Positions 18,791 through 29,038 of a stretch of 64,000 bases of DNA are shown here, piece after piece. The first letter of the stretch is position 1. Each line of letters starts with the position of its first letter. A program made the position numbers and the translations under genes. The stretch lies in assembly GCA_038279365.1 (NCBI GenBank), contig JAYODI010000008.1, positions 61,425 through 125,424 of the forward strand. Direction: 5' to 3'. This DNA is from Candidatus Latescibacterota bacterium (GTDB lineage Bacteria; Latescibacterota; UBA2968). The notes under the pieces are model-generated. The model ran no database searches. It worked only from the letters and a program-made list of their open reading frames with translations, and had not been told where the DNA came from.

Positions 18791-20661
18791 CTTATTTCCG
18801 TGGCAACCTTCACACAAATCACCACCTCGGCTTCTTTTACGGGTACAGAAAATCGCCAAGACAATCGTGTAGGTGTTGAACTTTCTTCAATCACACAATG
18901 ATCAAAATCCAAAACGCCTCTGTCCGTTGTCACCCAGACCTTCAACACCGCATTTCCATCGCCAATGTACACCGCACCATCTTCCCCCAATTGCCAGTTG
19001 GCATAGGTAATTAAGGCTGTCTCAAATGTATTGGGCACAGAATATGCCACGCGATCTGTAACCACAACCTCACCATCTCCAGATCGTTGATATCGAAACC
19101 GCCGTGTCAATTCTAGCAAATGAGCCACATCATAAGCTGGTTTCAAATCCAAAACCAATTCATCTACATCATCGCCAAATTTTTCTTGTATCAAAACCGT
19201 CTGCGCCTGTTCACCTGCCTGTTGCAACTGTCCCGCAACAACGGGCACGGGATGCCCAAACGAGTTTAATAACCGACTCTCATATCGATCTTTGCTAAAT
19301 GTGCGATTGGTGTACACTTCTGCACCAGGATCGGTCAACAACTCTCGATTTCCCAACAAAACCGTAAACGTACCCAAGTCATTGTGATTGTGATTCACAC
19401 CATTGTGCCCGCCCTTAAATGTGGCAGCCAAAAGGGGTTTCGATGATTGAATTGGGCGACAAATCAAAAACTGTACATCGTCAAACCAATCGCGTATGGC
19501 ACCTGAAAAATCACCTTCAAATGCCTGCGTCACATCGACCTGATGAAAAAGAATAAGCAACAATTGATTGGCCATTTGAAAATGAATATGCTCAAAAGAA
19601 TCAATTGGTTTTTGTGTTGTCCGATTTAATCGTTTTGCTTCCAATCGATTGTTTAACCAGTGTACAAGCCAAGGAGCCGTTTGGATATCTCTGGCACAAT
19701 CTGCAAATGTTGGATAGCGTCCCATTTGAATTTCCATACGTGCACCAAATTGAGAAATGCCTTTAACAACAGGCTTTTCCAACCAATTTAGTTTTCCACG
19801 GGTCACCATCTGAAGCATTTCTGCAATTTGAAGATAGTGACCAAAACCATACCCCCAATACCCAACCCCTTCGGTATAAAAACCACTCTTAGTAAATCCC
19901 ATTTCAGAATATACAATGAGCTTCTCCACCAAAGCCACATACCAAGCCCGTTCGGACAGATCCTCTTTTAACCACAACGCACAACCTAACAAACCAGCCA
20001 AACACACCGAATTCCAATTGTGGGTGACGGTTACCCACCAATACACATCTTTGCCCGACTCGATCCGCTCTCGAAAGGGTTTAAAAATGCGCCATTCAAT
20101 TTCTGATCGAATCAAGGCACGCAATTTAGGTTTTAATCGTTCTCCCAAAAGATAATCGGCAGCAACCAAATTGGAGGCGATATGAAAGGCTGCCAAATCT
20201 GCAAACATCGTTTGCCCTTGGTATATTTCTTTGGCCATATCATTGCTGGGATGCACCCAGCTCTTTAACTGAGCAAGCCTCAAAATATCTTCTTCGATGA
20301 CATCCAAATAACCACCCGTTGGCTCCAAACACTCGGCCAATGGCAACAGTGTCAAACGGGTGCGCATCACTGGTGAAACCGCATTCACATCTGCGGGGCT
20401 GTTTTTGGCCCAACACGATTCATATGTTTCATTGGTCACCATTGGGCGTGGGGTAATCTCCACAGATTCTTTCGCCATCATCAAAATCCGTTGCCCATAA
20501 ACACAGTTTCTGAGTTTTTCCCATTCCTTACGATTGTCACCTGAAACACCAAAATGAAAGGGCTCTGGCACCAACATTGCCAAAATCTCCTGGACCCGAC
20601 GATCATCAGGTGCAAAATTTTCACCATCAGGCAAATTGATATTAAAGTCGCCATATCCCAT
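18787..20661 (-). CDS. Heparinase II/III-like protein
   Basis: HNWNSVC, EGVGYWGYG, FAD, KGGHN..HNHNDLG, DPG...Y, GHPVP; no signal peptide. Confidence 0.78.
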   Translation of the reverse strand: MGYGDFNINLPDGENFAPDDRRVQEILAMLVPEPFHFGVSGDNRKEWEKLRNCVYGQRILMMAKESVEITPRPMVTNETYESCWAKNSPADVNAVSPVMRTRLTLLPLAECLEPTGGYLDVIEEDILRLAQLKSWVHPSNDMAKEIYQGQTMFADLAAFHIASNLVAADYLLGERLKPKLRALIRSEIEWRIFKPFRERIESGKDVYWWVTVTHNWNSVCLAGLLGCALWLKEDLSERAWYVALVEKLIVYSEMGFTKSGFYTEGVGYWGYGFGHYLQIAEMLQMVTRGKLNWLEKPVVKGISQFGARMEIQMGRYPTFADCARDIQTAPWLVHWLNNRLEAKRLNRTTQKPIDSFEHIHFQMANQLLLILFHQVDVTQAFEGDFSGAIRDWFDDVQFLICRPIQSSKPLLAATFKGGHNGVNHNHNDLGTFTVLLGNRELLTDPGAEVYTNRTFSKDRYESRLLNSFGHPVPVVAGQLQQAGEQAQTVLIQEKFGDDVDELVLDLKPAYDVAHLLELTRRFRYQRSGDGEVVVTDRVAYSVPNTFETALITYANWQLGEDGAVYIGDGNAVLKVWVTTDRGVLDFDHCVIEESSTPTRLSWRFSVPVKEAEVVICVKVATEIS

Positions 20662-20709
20662 ATTACACCCATCCCATATGATTAAAAGTTGGAAAATTCA
20701 TACCGCACA

Positions 20710-21831
20710 TCAAAACAACTGTAAGGGATATTGGGTTAAATTTTTGACGCCATTATCCGTTACCAAAAATGTGTTCTCCAATCGAATCCCCCCATTCAAC
20801 TCGGCACTGTAGGCACCCGGTTCACAAGAAAACACATTCCCCACTTCAAAAATGCCTTCACGGTCTCGGTTTAGATCGGGTGGTTCATGTGCCCGAATTC
20901 CCACACCATGACCGGCATGATGAATAAGCCCAATCTCCGTTAAATGTTCATGCTCACGAATACGTGCATCAATGATTTGCCACAATTCAGTTCCCTTGCC
21001 ACCCGGTTTCACCAAATTGGGCACATCTTCTAATATTGTTTTGAGCAATTCATATACCGATGCTTGCAAATCGGTTGGCTCACTCACCGCAAATGTACGA
21101 CACAAATCAGACCAATACCCATGATATTCGGTTTGTGCATCAATAATATACAATTCACCAGCTTCAATTTTGCGATCTCTGGCAGGGCCACCCAATTGGG
21201 CACATTGATAATCGCCTCCATGATGCAAAACAAATCCCGCCTCATGGAGGGCCACTTGCTGACCTGCTGCCAACACATCCAACTCATTCACACCAGGCGC
21301 AATGACTTCTTTTACCCGATCATATGCCCGCAAGTTCACCTCAATTGCCTTTTGCAACAATGCCACTTCGTCGGCATCCTTTTTTACCTGTTGGGATACC
21401 AACAAATCGTCGATGGGTACCCAGCTGGTATCTAAAACATTTGTCAGTGTATCGGCAAGCAACTTTGGCAGTGCTTCTTGTTGCCACCCCAAACGCGAAA
21501 CTTTTTTACAGTTTTGCAAACGTTTGGCCACCACAGCATTCAGACCACGCATGGGATCTGGGTTCATTGTATACATCACCTGAGAGGCATACACCACCCG
21601 TTCATCAACTGCGGCATCTCCTTGGTCGGTATTGGCCGCAAGCCAGGTCTCCCCATCTGTTTCCAAGTACAATAGTGCAGGAAAATAAAAAGAGGGATAT
21701 CCCGACAACCATACACCCGTTAAATAATAGATGTCTCGATGATCTGTTATCACCACCGCATCAATGCCTTCATTTGCCAAATTTTTTCTAAAACGTGCTT
21801 GTCTTTCCCAACATCCTTTGACCGTTAACAT
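20710..21831 (-). CDS. Xaa-Pro peptidase family (M24)
   Basis: IIDAQ, YWSDLCRT, HHAGHGVG..AHE, CEPG, RLEN. Confidence 0.88.
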   Translation of the reverse strand: MLTVKGCWERQARFRKNLANEGIDAVVITDHRDIYYLTGVWLSGYPSFYFPALLYLETDGETWLAANTDQGDAAVDERVVYASQVMYTMNPDPMRGLNAVVAKRLQNCKKVSRLGWQQEALPKLLADTLTNVLDTSWVPIDDLLVSQQVKKDADEVALLQKAIEVNLRAYDRVKEVIAPGVNELDVLAAGQQVALHEAGFVLHHGGDYQCAQLGGPARDRKIEAGELYIIDAQTEYHGYWSDLCRTFAVSEPTDLQASVYELLKTILEDVPNLVKPGGKGTELWQIIDARIREHEHLTEIGLIHHAGHGVGIRAHEPPDLNRDREGIFEVGNVFSCEPGAYSAELNGGIRLENTFLVTDNGVKNLTQYPLQLF

Positions 21832-21980
21832 AACTTCCGTCCTTTCACCATAAATTTTGCATCTAAAATTCGCTTTCTATCTATGCTTAATTTGTGCATG
21901 ATAAAGGCCACAGAAACAACGTCAAGCTTTTAAATGAAGTGTTCACGCCCATATCTGTTTTCATCCCATTTGGAGGTTGT

Positions 21981-23183
21981 ATGCAAACACCACACATTAC
22001 CGTTGGCCTTAAAAATGCCGACATAATGGGCAATGACAACCGCGCCCTACAAGCGGCCGTCGATTATATTTCAGCATTGGGTGGTGGTACCGTTGAAATC
22101 CTTTCGGGCACATATCTCATGTACAACTCTTTGCACCTTCGCAGCAACATTACCCTTCGTGGCCAAGGCGAGAAAACCATTCTCTATAAAGCCGATGCAG
22201 CAGAAAGCCCCCTCGTTCTTGATGGCGATTTTGGCGAAGAACAAATCACCCTTCAAAACACCGAAGGTTTTGAAGTGGGTTATGGTGTGAGCATTACAGA
22301 TGATCGCAATGGCGGTTTCCACACGGCTGTGGGTACCCTCATTTGGCAAGACGAAAACACATTTGGTGTCAATGTGCCCATGGGGGGCGATTACATGGTT
22401 CACAACAAGGCGCGCGCGGCCACCACATTTCCCGTTATCAGTGGATACCATTTGGAAAATGCCCACATCACAAACCTCACCATTGATGGCAACAAAGACA
22501 ACAACCCCATGCTCAACGGCTGTCGTGGCGCGGGTATTTTTCTCTATCGGGGGCACCACACCATTATTGCAAACTGCACCGTCAAAAATTATCATGGCGA
22601 CGGCATCAGCTTCCAACAAAGTCAATATGTAACCGTGGAATCCTGCACATGCATCGGCAACACGCACTTGGGCCTTCATCCAGGCAGTGGCAGCCAAAAC
22701 CCCACCATTCGCAATTGCCACTCTGAAAACAACGGACGCATTGGGCTTTTTCTGTGCTGGCGCGTGAAATATGGTGTTTTTGAAAACAACACACTCATCG
22801 GCAACGGCGAAACGGGCATTTCGATTGGGCACAAAGACACAGACAACACATTTAGAGAAAACAAAGCCATAGGCAACAAGCGTGAAGGCATTCTCTTTCG
22901 CAACGAATCTGAAGCCATGGCAGGACACCGCAATACATTTATTGACAATGAAATTGTTGACAATGGCTCCGAAGAAGAAGGTTATGGAGTTCGCATTTTA
23001 GGCGAAACCCATGACCTGACCTTTACCAACAACCGCATCGGCAACAAAAATTCTACCCATCAAAAAATAGGCATATTTATTGGTGAAAAGGCCGATCTCA
23101 TTACCCTCGAAGAAAATGATTTATCAGGAAACCTCCACACAGAAATAGAAGACACGCGTTTGGCCACAAAGGATGTGAAATGA
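21981..23183 (+). CDS. Right-handed parallel beta-helix (pectin lyase-like) protein
   Basis: ALQAAVD..GGGTV...GTY, Asn-ladder repeats; GGAGG RBS; no signal peptide. Confidence 0.82.
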   Translation: MQTPHITVGLKNADIMGNDNRALQAAVDYISALGGGTVEILSGTYLMYNSLHLRSNITLRGQGEKTILYKADAAESPLVLDGDFGEEQITLQNTEGFEVGYGVSITDDRNGGFHTAVGTLIWQDENTFGVNVPMGGDYMVHNKARAATTFPVISGYHLENAHITNLTIDGNKDNNPMLNGCRGAGIFLYRGHHTIIANCTVKNYHGDGISFQQSQYVTVESCTCIGNTHLGLHPGSGSQNPTIRNCHSENNGRIGLFLCWRVKYGVFENNTLIGNGETGISIGHKDTDNTFRENKAIGNKREGILFRNESEAMAGHRNTFIDNEIVDNGSEEEGYGVRILGETHDLTFTNNRIGNKNSTHQKIGIFIGEKADLITLEENDLSGNLHTEIEDTRLATKDVK

Positions 23184-24292
23184 CAGATCCACGCATTGCA
23201 CAAATTGCTGAGGTAATTATCCGTTATTCGCTCAACATTCAACCCGGTGAAAAATTGGCCATTCGGGGCAACAGTTTGGCCGAACCCCTCATCAAAGAAG
23301 CCTATCGTGCGGCCATTCGAGCAGGTGCCCATGTCGTGACACTAATTACGCTTCCTGGCCTTCAAAAAATATTTATGGACGAATCCAACGATGATCAGCT
23401 CAATTGGATCAGTCCTTTTTCACAAACAGTCACCGAAGAATTTGACGCCCTGCTTGCCATTCAGTCTGAAAGCAACACACGAGAAGGTACGGGTTTTGAC
23501 CCCGTCAAACTCGCCAAGCTTTCCAAAACAAACCAGCCTTTGCAAAATCGTTTTTTTGAACGTTCCGCCCAAGGGACATTCAAATGGTGTGCCACCTTGT
23601 TTCCCACTCCGGCCCATGCCCAAGATGCCGACATGGCCTTAGAAGATTATGAAAACTTCGTTTTTAATGCTTGTCTACCCGACAGAGAAAACCCCATTGC
23701 TTTTTGGCAAAAAATGGAGCACAGACAAAACCGGTTAATTGAGTTTCTCAACTCCGTAAAAGAAATTCGCCTCAAAGCAAAAGATACCGATTTAACCGTC
23801 CAAGTAGAAGGTCGCAAGTGGATCAATTGCTCGGGTCACGAAAATTTTCCTGACGGCGAAGTGTTCACGGGCCCCATCGAAAACAAAACAGAAGGCCATG
23901 TGCGTTTCACGTATCCTGCCGTTCACATGGGCAATGAAGTCGTCAACGCCCAGTTGTGGTTTGAAAAGGGCCGTGTCGTAAAAGCCAAAGCAGACAAAGG
24001 GGAAGACTTTCTCCTCGAAATGCTCGACCGCGATGAAGGTGCACGCGTTTTAGGCGAATTTGCCATTGGTACCAACCCAGGCATCCAAACCTTCACCCGC
24101 AACACCCTCTTCGACGAAAAAATCCAAGGCACCGTTCATATGGCCGTGGGCATGTCTTATCCTGAAAGTGGTGGCAAAAACCATTCCCAAATCCACTGGG
24201 ATATGGTCTGTGAAATGCGCGAACAAGGTCAACTGTTTGCCGACGGCAAACTCATTTATGAAAAAGGTGCATTTACAATCGATTTTGAATAA
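23180..24292 (+). CDS. Aminopeptidase, M29 (AmpS/AmpT) family
   Basis: NFPDGEVFTGP, LGEFAIG, LFDEK, HMAVG, SQIHWDM. Confidence 0.92.
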   Translation: MTDPRIAQIAEVIIRYSLNIQPGEKLAIRGNSLAEPLIKEAYRAAIRAGAHVVTLITLPGLQKIFMDESNDDQLNWISPFSQTVTEEFDALLAIQSESNTREGTGFDPVKLAKLSKTNQPLQNRFFERSAQGTFKWCATLFPTPAHAQDADMALEDYENFVFNACLPDRENPIAFWQKMEHRQNRLIEFLNSVKEIRLKAKDTDLTVQVEGRKWINCSGHENFPDGEVFTGPIENKTEGHVRFTYPAVHMGNEVVNAQLWFEKGRVVKAKADKGEDFLLEMLDRDEGARVLGEFAIGTNPGIQTFTRNTLFDEKIQGTVHMAVGMSYPESGGKNHSQIHWDMVCEMREQGQLFADGKLIYEKGAFTIDFE

Positions 24293-24326
24293 CACAAGTC
24301 CTATCAGGTTTGCCAATCATCAAAAC

Positions 24327-24361
24327 AAAAAAGACGCACAGTTATTCGATGCGTCTTTTTT
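24327..24361. terminator. Bidirectional intrinsic terminator
   Basis: AAAAAAGACGCA / TGCGTCTTTTTT between convergent genes. Confidence 0.75.
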
Positions 24362-24391
24362 ATGTGTGGAACAGGTTTCCATATTTATCAA

Positions 24392-25885
24392 CTAAAGATC
24401 GACCAACCTCGGTTGTTGTTTGCCTTTGCCACCGTGTAAATACGCATCCCCTTCAGTGGGCCAGCGCATGCCATAGTGACGGCTTCTTTGGCGTTTATAA
24501 CCTGCATTGTAATAATTGCTCGTGGCCATCCAACTGAGCAAGCGCATCAACATACCCGACTTCACCTCAAACGCTTCAGGCTTGTTCCACAAATTCCAGA
24601 GTTCACCAGCATCTGCGTCTAAGTCATACAACTCCCCTTCTTCTTGCCCAATATAATACACCAATTTGTGCGTTTGTGACCGCATCATGATCTGGTAATT
24701 GTCCTCACAAAAAACAAACTCACGAGGGTTTACATTTTCACCTTTTAGATAAGGCATTAAAGAGCGCCCTTCCAAATACGTGGGCACATCAATTCCTGCG
24801 GCCTCCAATATCGTGGGCCCCAAATCCATCAATGAAACCAAATCGGTTGTTTCGCCTGGTTTTTGAACCGATTTGGGATAACGAATCATCAACGGAATAT
24901 GCACAATCGAATCATACATCAACCACTTATACGCCAACCCATGGTCACCCAACATTTCGCCGTGGTCTGAACAAAATATAACCATCGAATTTTCCAACCA
25001 TCCACGACTTTCCAATGCGTTCATCACCCGTCCGACCTGTTCATCTACCGTTGTAATCTTTGCAAAATAGTGTCTTTTCATATGCTCTATTTCTTCATCT
25101 GTGCGCCCACGCAAATCAATTTGAGACTCATGAGCTGTGGTGGCATGCATGTCCAAGTGCGCCAGATGCTGAGGGGGTTTTTCATCTAACTCACCCTCTC
25201 GCTTCACACATGGTGGCATCTCCTTGTCCCGATACATATCCAAATGCCGTGGCAAAGGGTCCCAAGGCTCATGTGGCCCCGTTAGGCCAACTTCCAAAAA
25301 GATCGGTTTCTGACCTCGATAATTGTTAATCCAACTCACTGCCGAATCGCCAATAAAAACATCGCTATGAAACCGTTCTTCTTCATGCCACACCACACCT
25401 TGGCATTTCTTGAGCCAATCGGGGTCTGCCTGATTGCGATCATTGGGGCGCGTAATGCCATAAAAACTCATATAACGCCCCCAATCATCATCTGCCCCAC
25501 CATTGGCATGGGTTTTATTGGTTGGGTTTTCAACAATAACCCGTTCTTGAAACCCACCCGGAATGTCGCGTGGTGATAAATGCATTTTGCCAATGTTCAC
25601 ACACCAATACCCATGATCTGACAAATCTTGAACCCAATTGCGATGCTCTCCCCAATGGTCAAAACTATAAACACCAGTGGTATGTGGATACATCCCTGTA
25701 AAAATTGCCGCACGAGAGGCCACACATGTAGCTCCTGGGCAAAAGGCCTGGCGAAAAGACAAACTTTCAGAGGCCAGGCGATCCATATGGGGTGTGATCA
25801 TATGACCATATCCCCAAGCTCGAATGGTATCAAAACGCTGTTGATCAGTCACTATCATGACAATATGGGGTTTTCCGTCAAACAT
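24392..25885 (-). CDS. Sulfatase (S1, Cys-type)
   Basis: TDQQR, CVASR (CxxxR), GKMH, PH.PWD, SDHGE, ELYDL; no signal peptide. Confidence 0.92.
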   Translation of the reverse strand: MFDGKPHIVMIVTDQQRFDTIRAWGYGHMITPHMDRLASESLSFRQAFCPGATCVASRAAIFTGMYPHTTGVYSFDHWGEHRNWVQDLSDHGYWCVNIGKMHLSPRDIPGGFQERVIVENPTNKTHANGGADDDWGRYMSFYGITRPNDRNQADPDWLKKCQGVVWHEEERFHSDVFIGDSAVSWINNYRGQKPIFLEVGLTGPHEPWDPLPRHLDMYRDKEMPPCVKREGELDEKPPQHLAHLDMHATTAHESQIDLRGRTDEEIEHMKRHYFAKITTVDEQVGRVMNALESRGWLENSMVIFCSDHGEMLGDHGLAYKWLMYDSIVHIPLMIRYPKSVQKPGETTDLVSLMDLGPTILEAAGIDVPTYLEGRSLMPYLKGENVNPREFVFCEDNYQIMMRSQTHKLVYYIGQEEGELYDLDADAGELWNLWNKPEAFEVKSGMLMRLLSWMATSNYYNAGYKRQRSRHYGMRWPTEGDAYLHGGKGKQQPRLVDL

Positions 25886-26052
25886 AACATCCCTCTCATT
25901 TTAATGGTGGTTGTCATTCTTATGGCAAAATAAATCTGCTCACCCATTCTTCAAACCAAAAAGCGCACAGGTCAAAAACTCATTGACCGCCCATTCTTCC
26001 CCCCCCATCTTAGGGCGTTCACAATCAATCTCAAACAGATGAGGAGCAAAAG

Positions 26053-26949
26053 ATGGAATGGAAATTTGAAGTGGTTGCTGGCCCCTATGCTTTTACAGAA
26101 GGCCCCATTTGGAAAGAGGGTGGTATTTTATTTACAGACATTCCCAACAGCCGCATTATGCGCTATGATCCCAAAACGGGAAAGTGTGACGAATTCCGCA
26201 CCAGCACCAATGGCGCCAATGGGTTGGCATTGGACAAAGAAAATCGGGTTTATGCGGCAGAAGGCACATTTCTTCCCACGGCCAAAAAATTTGTAGATGG
26301 CCCAGGCCGTCGCATTGCGCGCTATGAATCTGATGGCAGTACCACACCCATTGCCGAAACATTTGAAGGCAAACGCTTCAACAGCCCCAATGACCTCACC
26401 ATAGATGCCAAAGGCCGGGTTTGGTTTACCGACCCTCGCTATGGGGAAGATCGTTCTTGTATGGAACTCGATCATGAATCGGTCTATCGTGCCGACCCTC
26501 AATCAGATGGCACCTATCACGTCTCTCGCGTCACCTTTGACACCACGCGCCCCAATGGCCTCATTGTCACCCCCGACATGAAAACCCTCTATGTGGCCCA
26601 AAGTGACGTTGGCGCAACCACCATTCGCGAACTGCGTGCTTACCCCATAAACGACGATGGATCAACGGGCAAATATGAAGTGCTTCACAACTTTGGCCCC
26701 CATCGCGGCATTGATGGCATGACCTTAGATGAAAACTTAAACATTGTGGCCAGTGCAGGATGGCCAACAAGTGGCCCAGGGCCCATGATCTATGTCTTTA
26801 ATCCCAAAGGCCGTGTGCTTGAAACACACCCCTTCCCCATCAACCCCACCAACTGCATTTTTGGTGATGACGATCTCTCATCGCTTTATGTTACAGCTTC
26901 CGATGGCAAACTCTACCGCGCCAAAACCCACCGAAAAGGATTGGCCTAA
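26053..26949 (+). CDS. SMP-30/gluconolactonase/LRE family protein
   Basis: FTEGPIW, NGL, FNSPNDL, FTDP.YG, PNG, DGM, PTNC.FG. Confidence 0.92.
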   Translation: MEWKFEVVAGPYAFTEGPIWKEGGILFTDIPNSRIMRYDPKTGKCDEFRTSTNGANGLALDKENRVYAAEGTFLPTAKKFVDGPGRRIARYESDGSTTPIAETFEGKRFNSPNDLTIDAKGRVWFTDPRYGEDRSCMELDHESVYRADPQSDGTYHVSRVTFDTTRPNGLIVTPDMKTLYVAQSDVGATTIRELRAYPINDDGSTGKYEVLHNFGPHRGIDGMTLDENLNIVASAGWPTSGPGPMIYVFNPKGRVLETHPFPINPTNCIFGDDDLSSLYVTASDGKLYRAKTHRKGLA

Positions 26950-26952
26950 AGT

Positions 26953-26983
26953 AAAAGGCGACATCGTTGTGATGTCGCCTTTT
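26953..26983. terminator. Bidirectional intrinsic terminator
   Basis: AAAAGGCGACATC / GATGTCGCCTTTT between convergent genes. Confidence 0.8.
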
Positions 26984-26989
26984 TGCTTT

Positions 26990-27988
26990 TTAAGATCCAT
27001 CTACAATGGCATCCTTCCGCTTATAGGCCTTAGAATACAACCCACATTCGGCCATTCGCATTTGAAAATATTGCCTCCCCAAACCGCTTTCTTGTGCGGC
27101 CACAGTTACATTCCCTTGGCTGCGCAACAGTTGTCGGTGCAAATATTCATACATAAACTTTTGCAAGTGTAATTTACGTGCATCTTTAAAGGGCAAGCCA
27201 TATACATCTTCACCACCCTTTGCTTCTCTGATGTGATGGGCCAAACACGTTTCATCTATGTTTTCTTGATCTACCATCACCTGCAAACGCGCAATTTCAT
27301 GTTGCAATTCGCGCACATTGCCTGGCCAATCGTAGCCCATTAGCCCAGCATATGCAGAAGGCGTCAATGCTTTACAACGTCCTACCCGTTGATAAAGAGA
27401 GCAAAAATGATTCACCAACAATGGAATATCGCTCAAACGGGCGCGAAGGGGTGGAATCGTTAGGGGGACAACTTGAAGGCGGTAATACAAATCGGCACGA
27501 AATTTTTTTTCTTGGACCAAAGCCGCAAGATCGCGATGTGTTGCGGCGATCACACGCACATCCACCCGCTGTAATTGAGAGGCCCCCAAGGGACGATACA
27601 CCCCTTCTTGTATCAAGCGCAACAACTGGCATTGTAAGTCTAAGTCTAATTCACCCACTTCATCTAAAAAAAGGGTGCCCCCATCGGCTTCGGCCACCAA
27701 ACCCCGCCGGGCCTGAAGCGCCCCCGTAAAAGCACCTCGCACATGCCCAAACAACTCACTTCGCGCTGTTTCGGTGGCCAAAATGCCACAATCAACCACA
27801 ACCAAACGTCTATTTCTGCGATGACTCTCGGCATGAATAAAACGTGCTAACAGTTCTTTTCCCGTACCCGTTTCACCAAAAATTTGAACGGGCAAATCGC
27901 TGTGAGCAACTTTGCGAGCAAGCCTAAAAGTTTCCTTTATCAGTGGGTGTTCCCCAACCACAACGCTTCCAGACTTCATATCTTGCAT
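26990..27988 (-). CDS. Sigma54-dependent enhancer-binding protein (AAA+ and Fis-like HTH) with no N-terminal regulatory domain
   Basis: GETGTGKE, ELFGH..GAFTGA, LFLDEVGE, FRADLYYRL, WPGNVREL; start at ATG 27988 after GGGGG. Confidence 0.9.
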   Translation of the reverse strand: MQDMKSGSVVVGEHPLIKETFRLARKVAHSDLPVQIFGETGTGKELLARFIHAESHRRNRRLVVVDCGILATETARSELFGHVRGAFTGALQARRGLVAEADGGTLFLDEVGELDLDLQCQLLRLIQEGVYRPLGASQLQRVDVRVIAATHRDLAALVQEKKFRADLYYRLQVVPLTIPPLRARLSDIPLLVNHFCSLYQRVGRCKALTPSAYAGLMGYDWPGNVRELQHEIARLQVMVDQENIDETCLAHHIREAKGGEDVYGLPFKDARKLHLQKFMYEYLHRQLLRSQGNVTVAAQESGLGRQYFQMRMAECGLYSKAYKRKDAIVDGS

Positions 27989-28116
27989 CTGAGCCCCCTT
28001 CAGATGAAAAATGCACCATAAACAGCATTCAAAATAACCTCCATTAGAATACGCCCAACAGCACCCATGATGCAAGATTCAAATATTCCGCGCAGGTCTA
28101 CTTTATCCGCTCTCGT

Positions 28117-28833
28117 CTACAAAATGATATCATCGGGGCGGTGCAATTGACGAAATCGCTTTGGAGATTCATTGACCACCCGCTGAAACACTTCACTCAA
28201 CCGACTCTGATTTTTAAACCCACACAACTCTGCCACAACATAGATTGGCTCATTGGTATACAACAACAAGTTCTTTGCTTTTTCAACCCGATGATGGGCC
28301 AATCGGTCAGTAAATGTTGCCCCTAAGTCCTTAAACAATTTCCAAATATAGCTTTTAGACAATCCAAAGTGACCCATAACGGTCTGAAGCGTCAAATCTT
28401 TTCGGGTCAAATTGGCAATCAAATAGGCATCCAAGCGATCGGCCAATACATGTGTCGTTACTGGCTGACGCGCAGAAATAAACGATGCCACTTTTTCAAT
28501 AAACTGTTTCTTTTTAATTGGCTTTTGAATAAAGTCCTTGGCTCCCTTATGCATAGCTTCAACAGCCCGAGGCACCGTTCCAAAAGCCGTTAGAATCAAA
28601 ACATCGGTATTTATTTTTTTCTTTATAAGTGCATCAAGCACACCAAAACCATCCAATTGTGGCATTTGAATATCTAAAACTGCAACATCAAATGACCCTT
28701 CAATTAGACGGTTTAAGGCTATGTGCCCATCAGAAACAGCCTCAACATGCCACGGTTGCCCCTCTAAGAAACCACTTAAAGCAGACAATATTAAAGGTTC
28801 GTCATCTGCAATAAGCACACGTGGTTGTGTCAC
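28117..28833 (-). CDS. Response regulator, REC + AraC HTH
   Basis: LIADDE, LDIQMP, LTA, KP; C-terminal A..LL......IY.VAELCGF......VF; GTG start after AAGGGG. Confidence 0.88.
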   Translation of the reverse strand: MTQPRVLIADDEPLILSALSGFLEGQPWHVEAVSDGHIALNRLIEGSFDVAVLDIQMPQLDGFGVLDALIKKKINTDVLILTAFGTVPRAVEAMHKGAKDFIQKPIKKKQFIEKVASFISARQPVTTHVLADRLDAYLIANLTRKDLTLQTVMGHFGLSKSYIWKLFKDLGATFTDRLAHHRVEKAKNLLLYTNEPIYVVAELCGFKNQSRLSEVFQRVVNESPKRFRQLHRPDDIIL

Positions 28834-29038
28834 AATAGCCCCCTTAATCCCGGCCAAACCTTTTATTTAAAAAAATAACCACTGCTCCGAATATATTTTT
28901 TAATAAAATGCATTCTAATTTCATGTGCAAGTCCAGAAATCTCTTCTTTTTCTTGAGCATATTAAGAAATAGTTGTAACCTTTGACATTCTATTGTACTA
29001 TATACCCGTTTTTTTTCATTCTTATAGAGACCCAAGAC

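Noticed and set aside
22071..22928. 285-aa antisense ORF
   Set aside because: Lies wholly opposite the beta-helix gene, has no recognisable motif, and is a typical shadow ORF
27989..28075. Cys/His-rich N-terminal extension of the sigma54 activator as a metal sensor
   Set aside because: Relies on a TTG start without an RBS; ATG 27988 has a better purine-rich RBS, so the extension is probably intergenic (not fully excluded)
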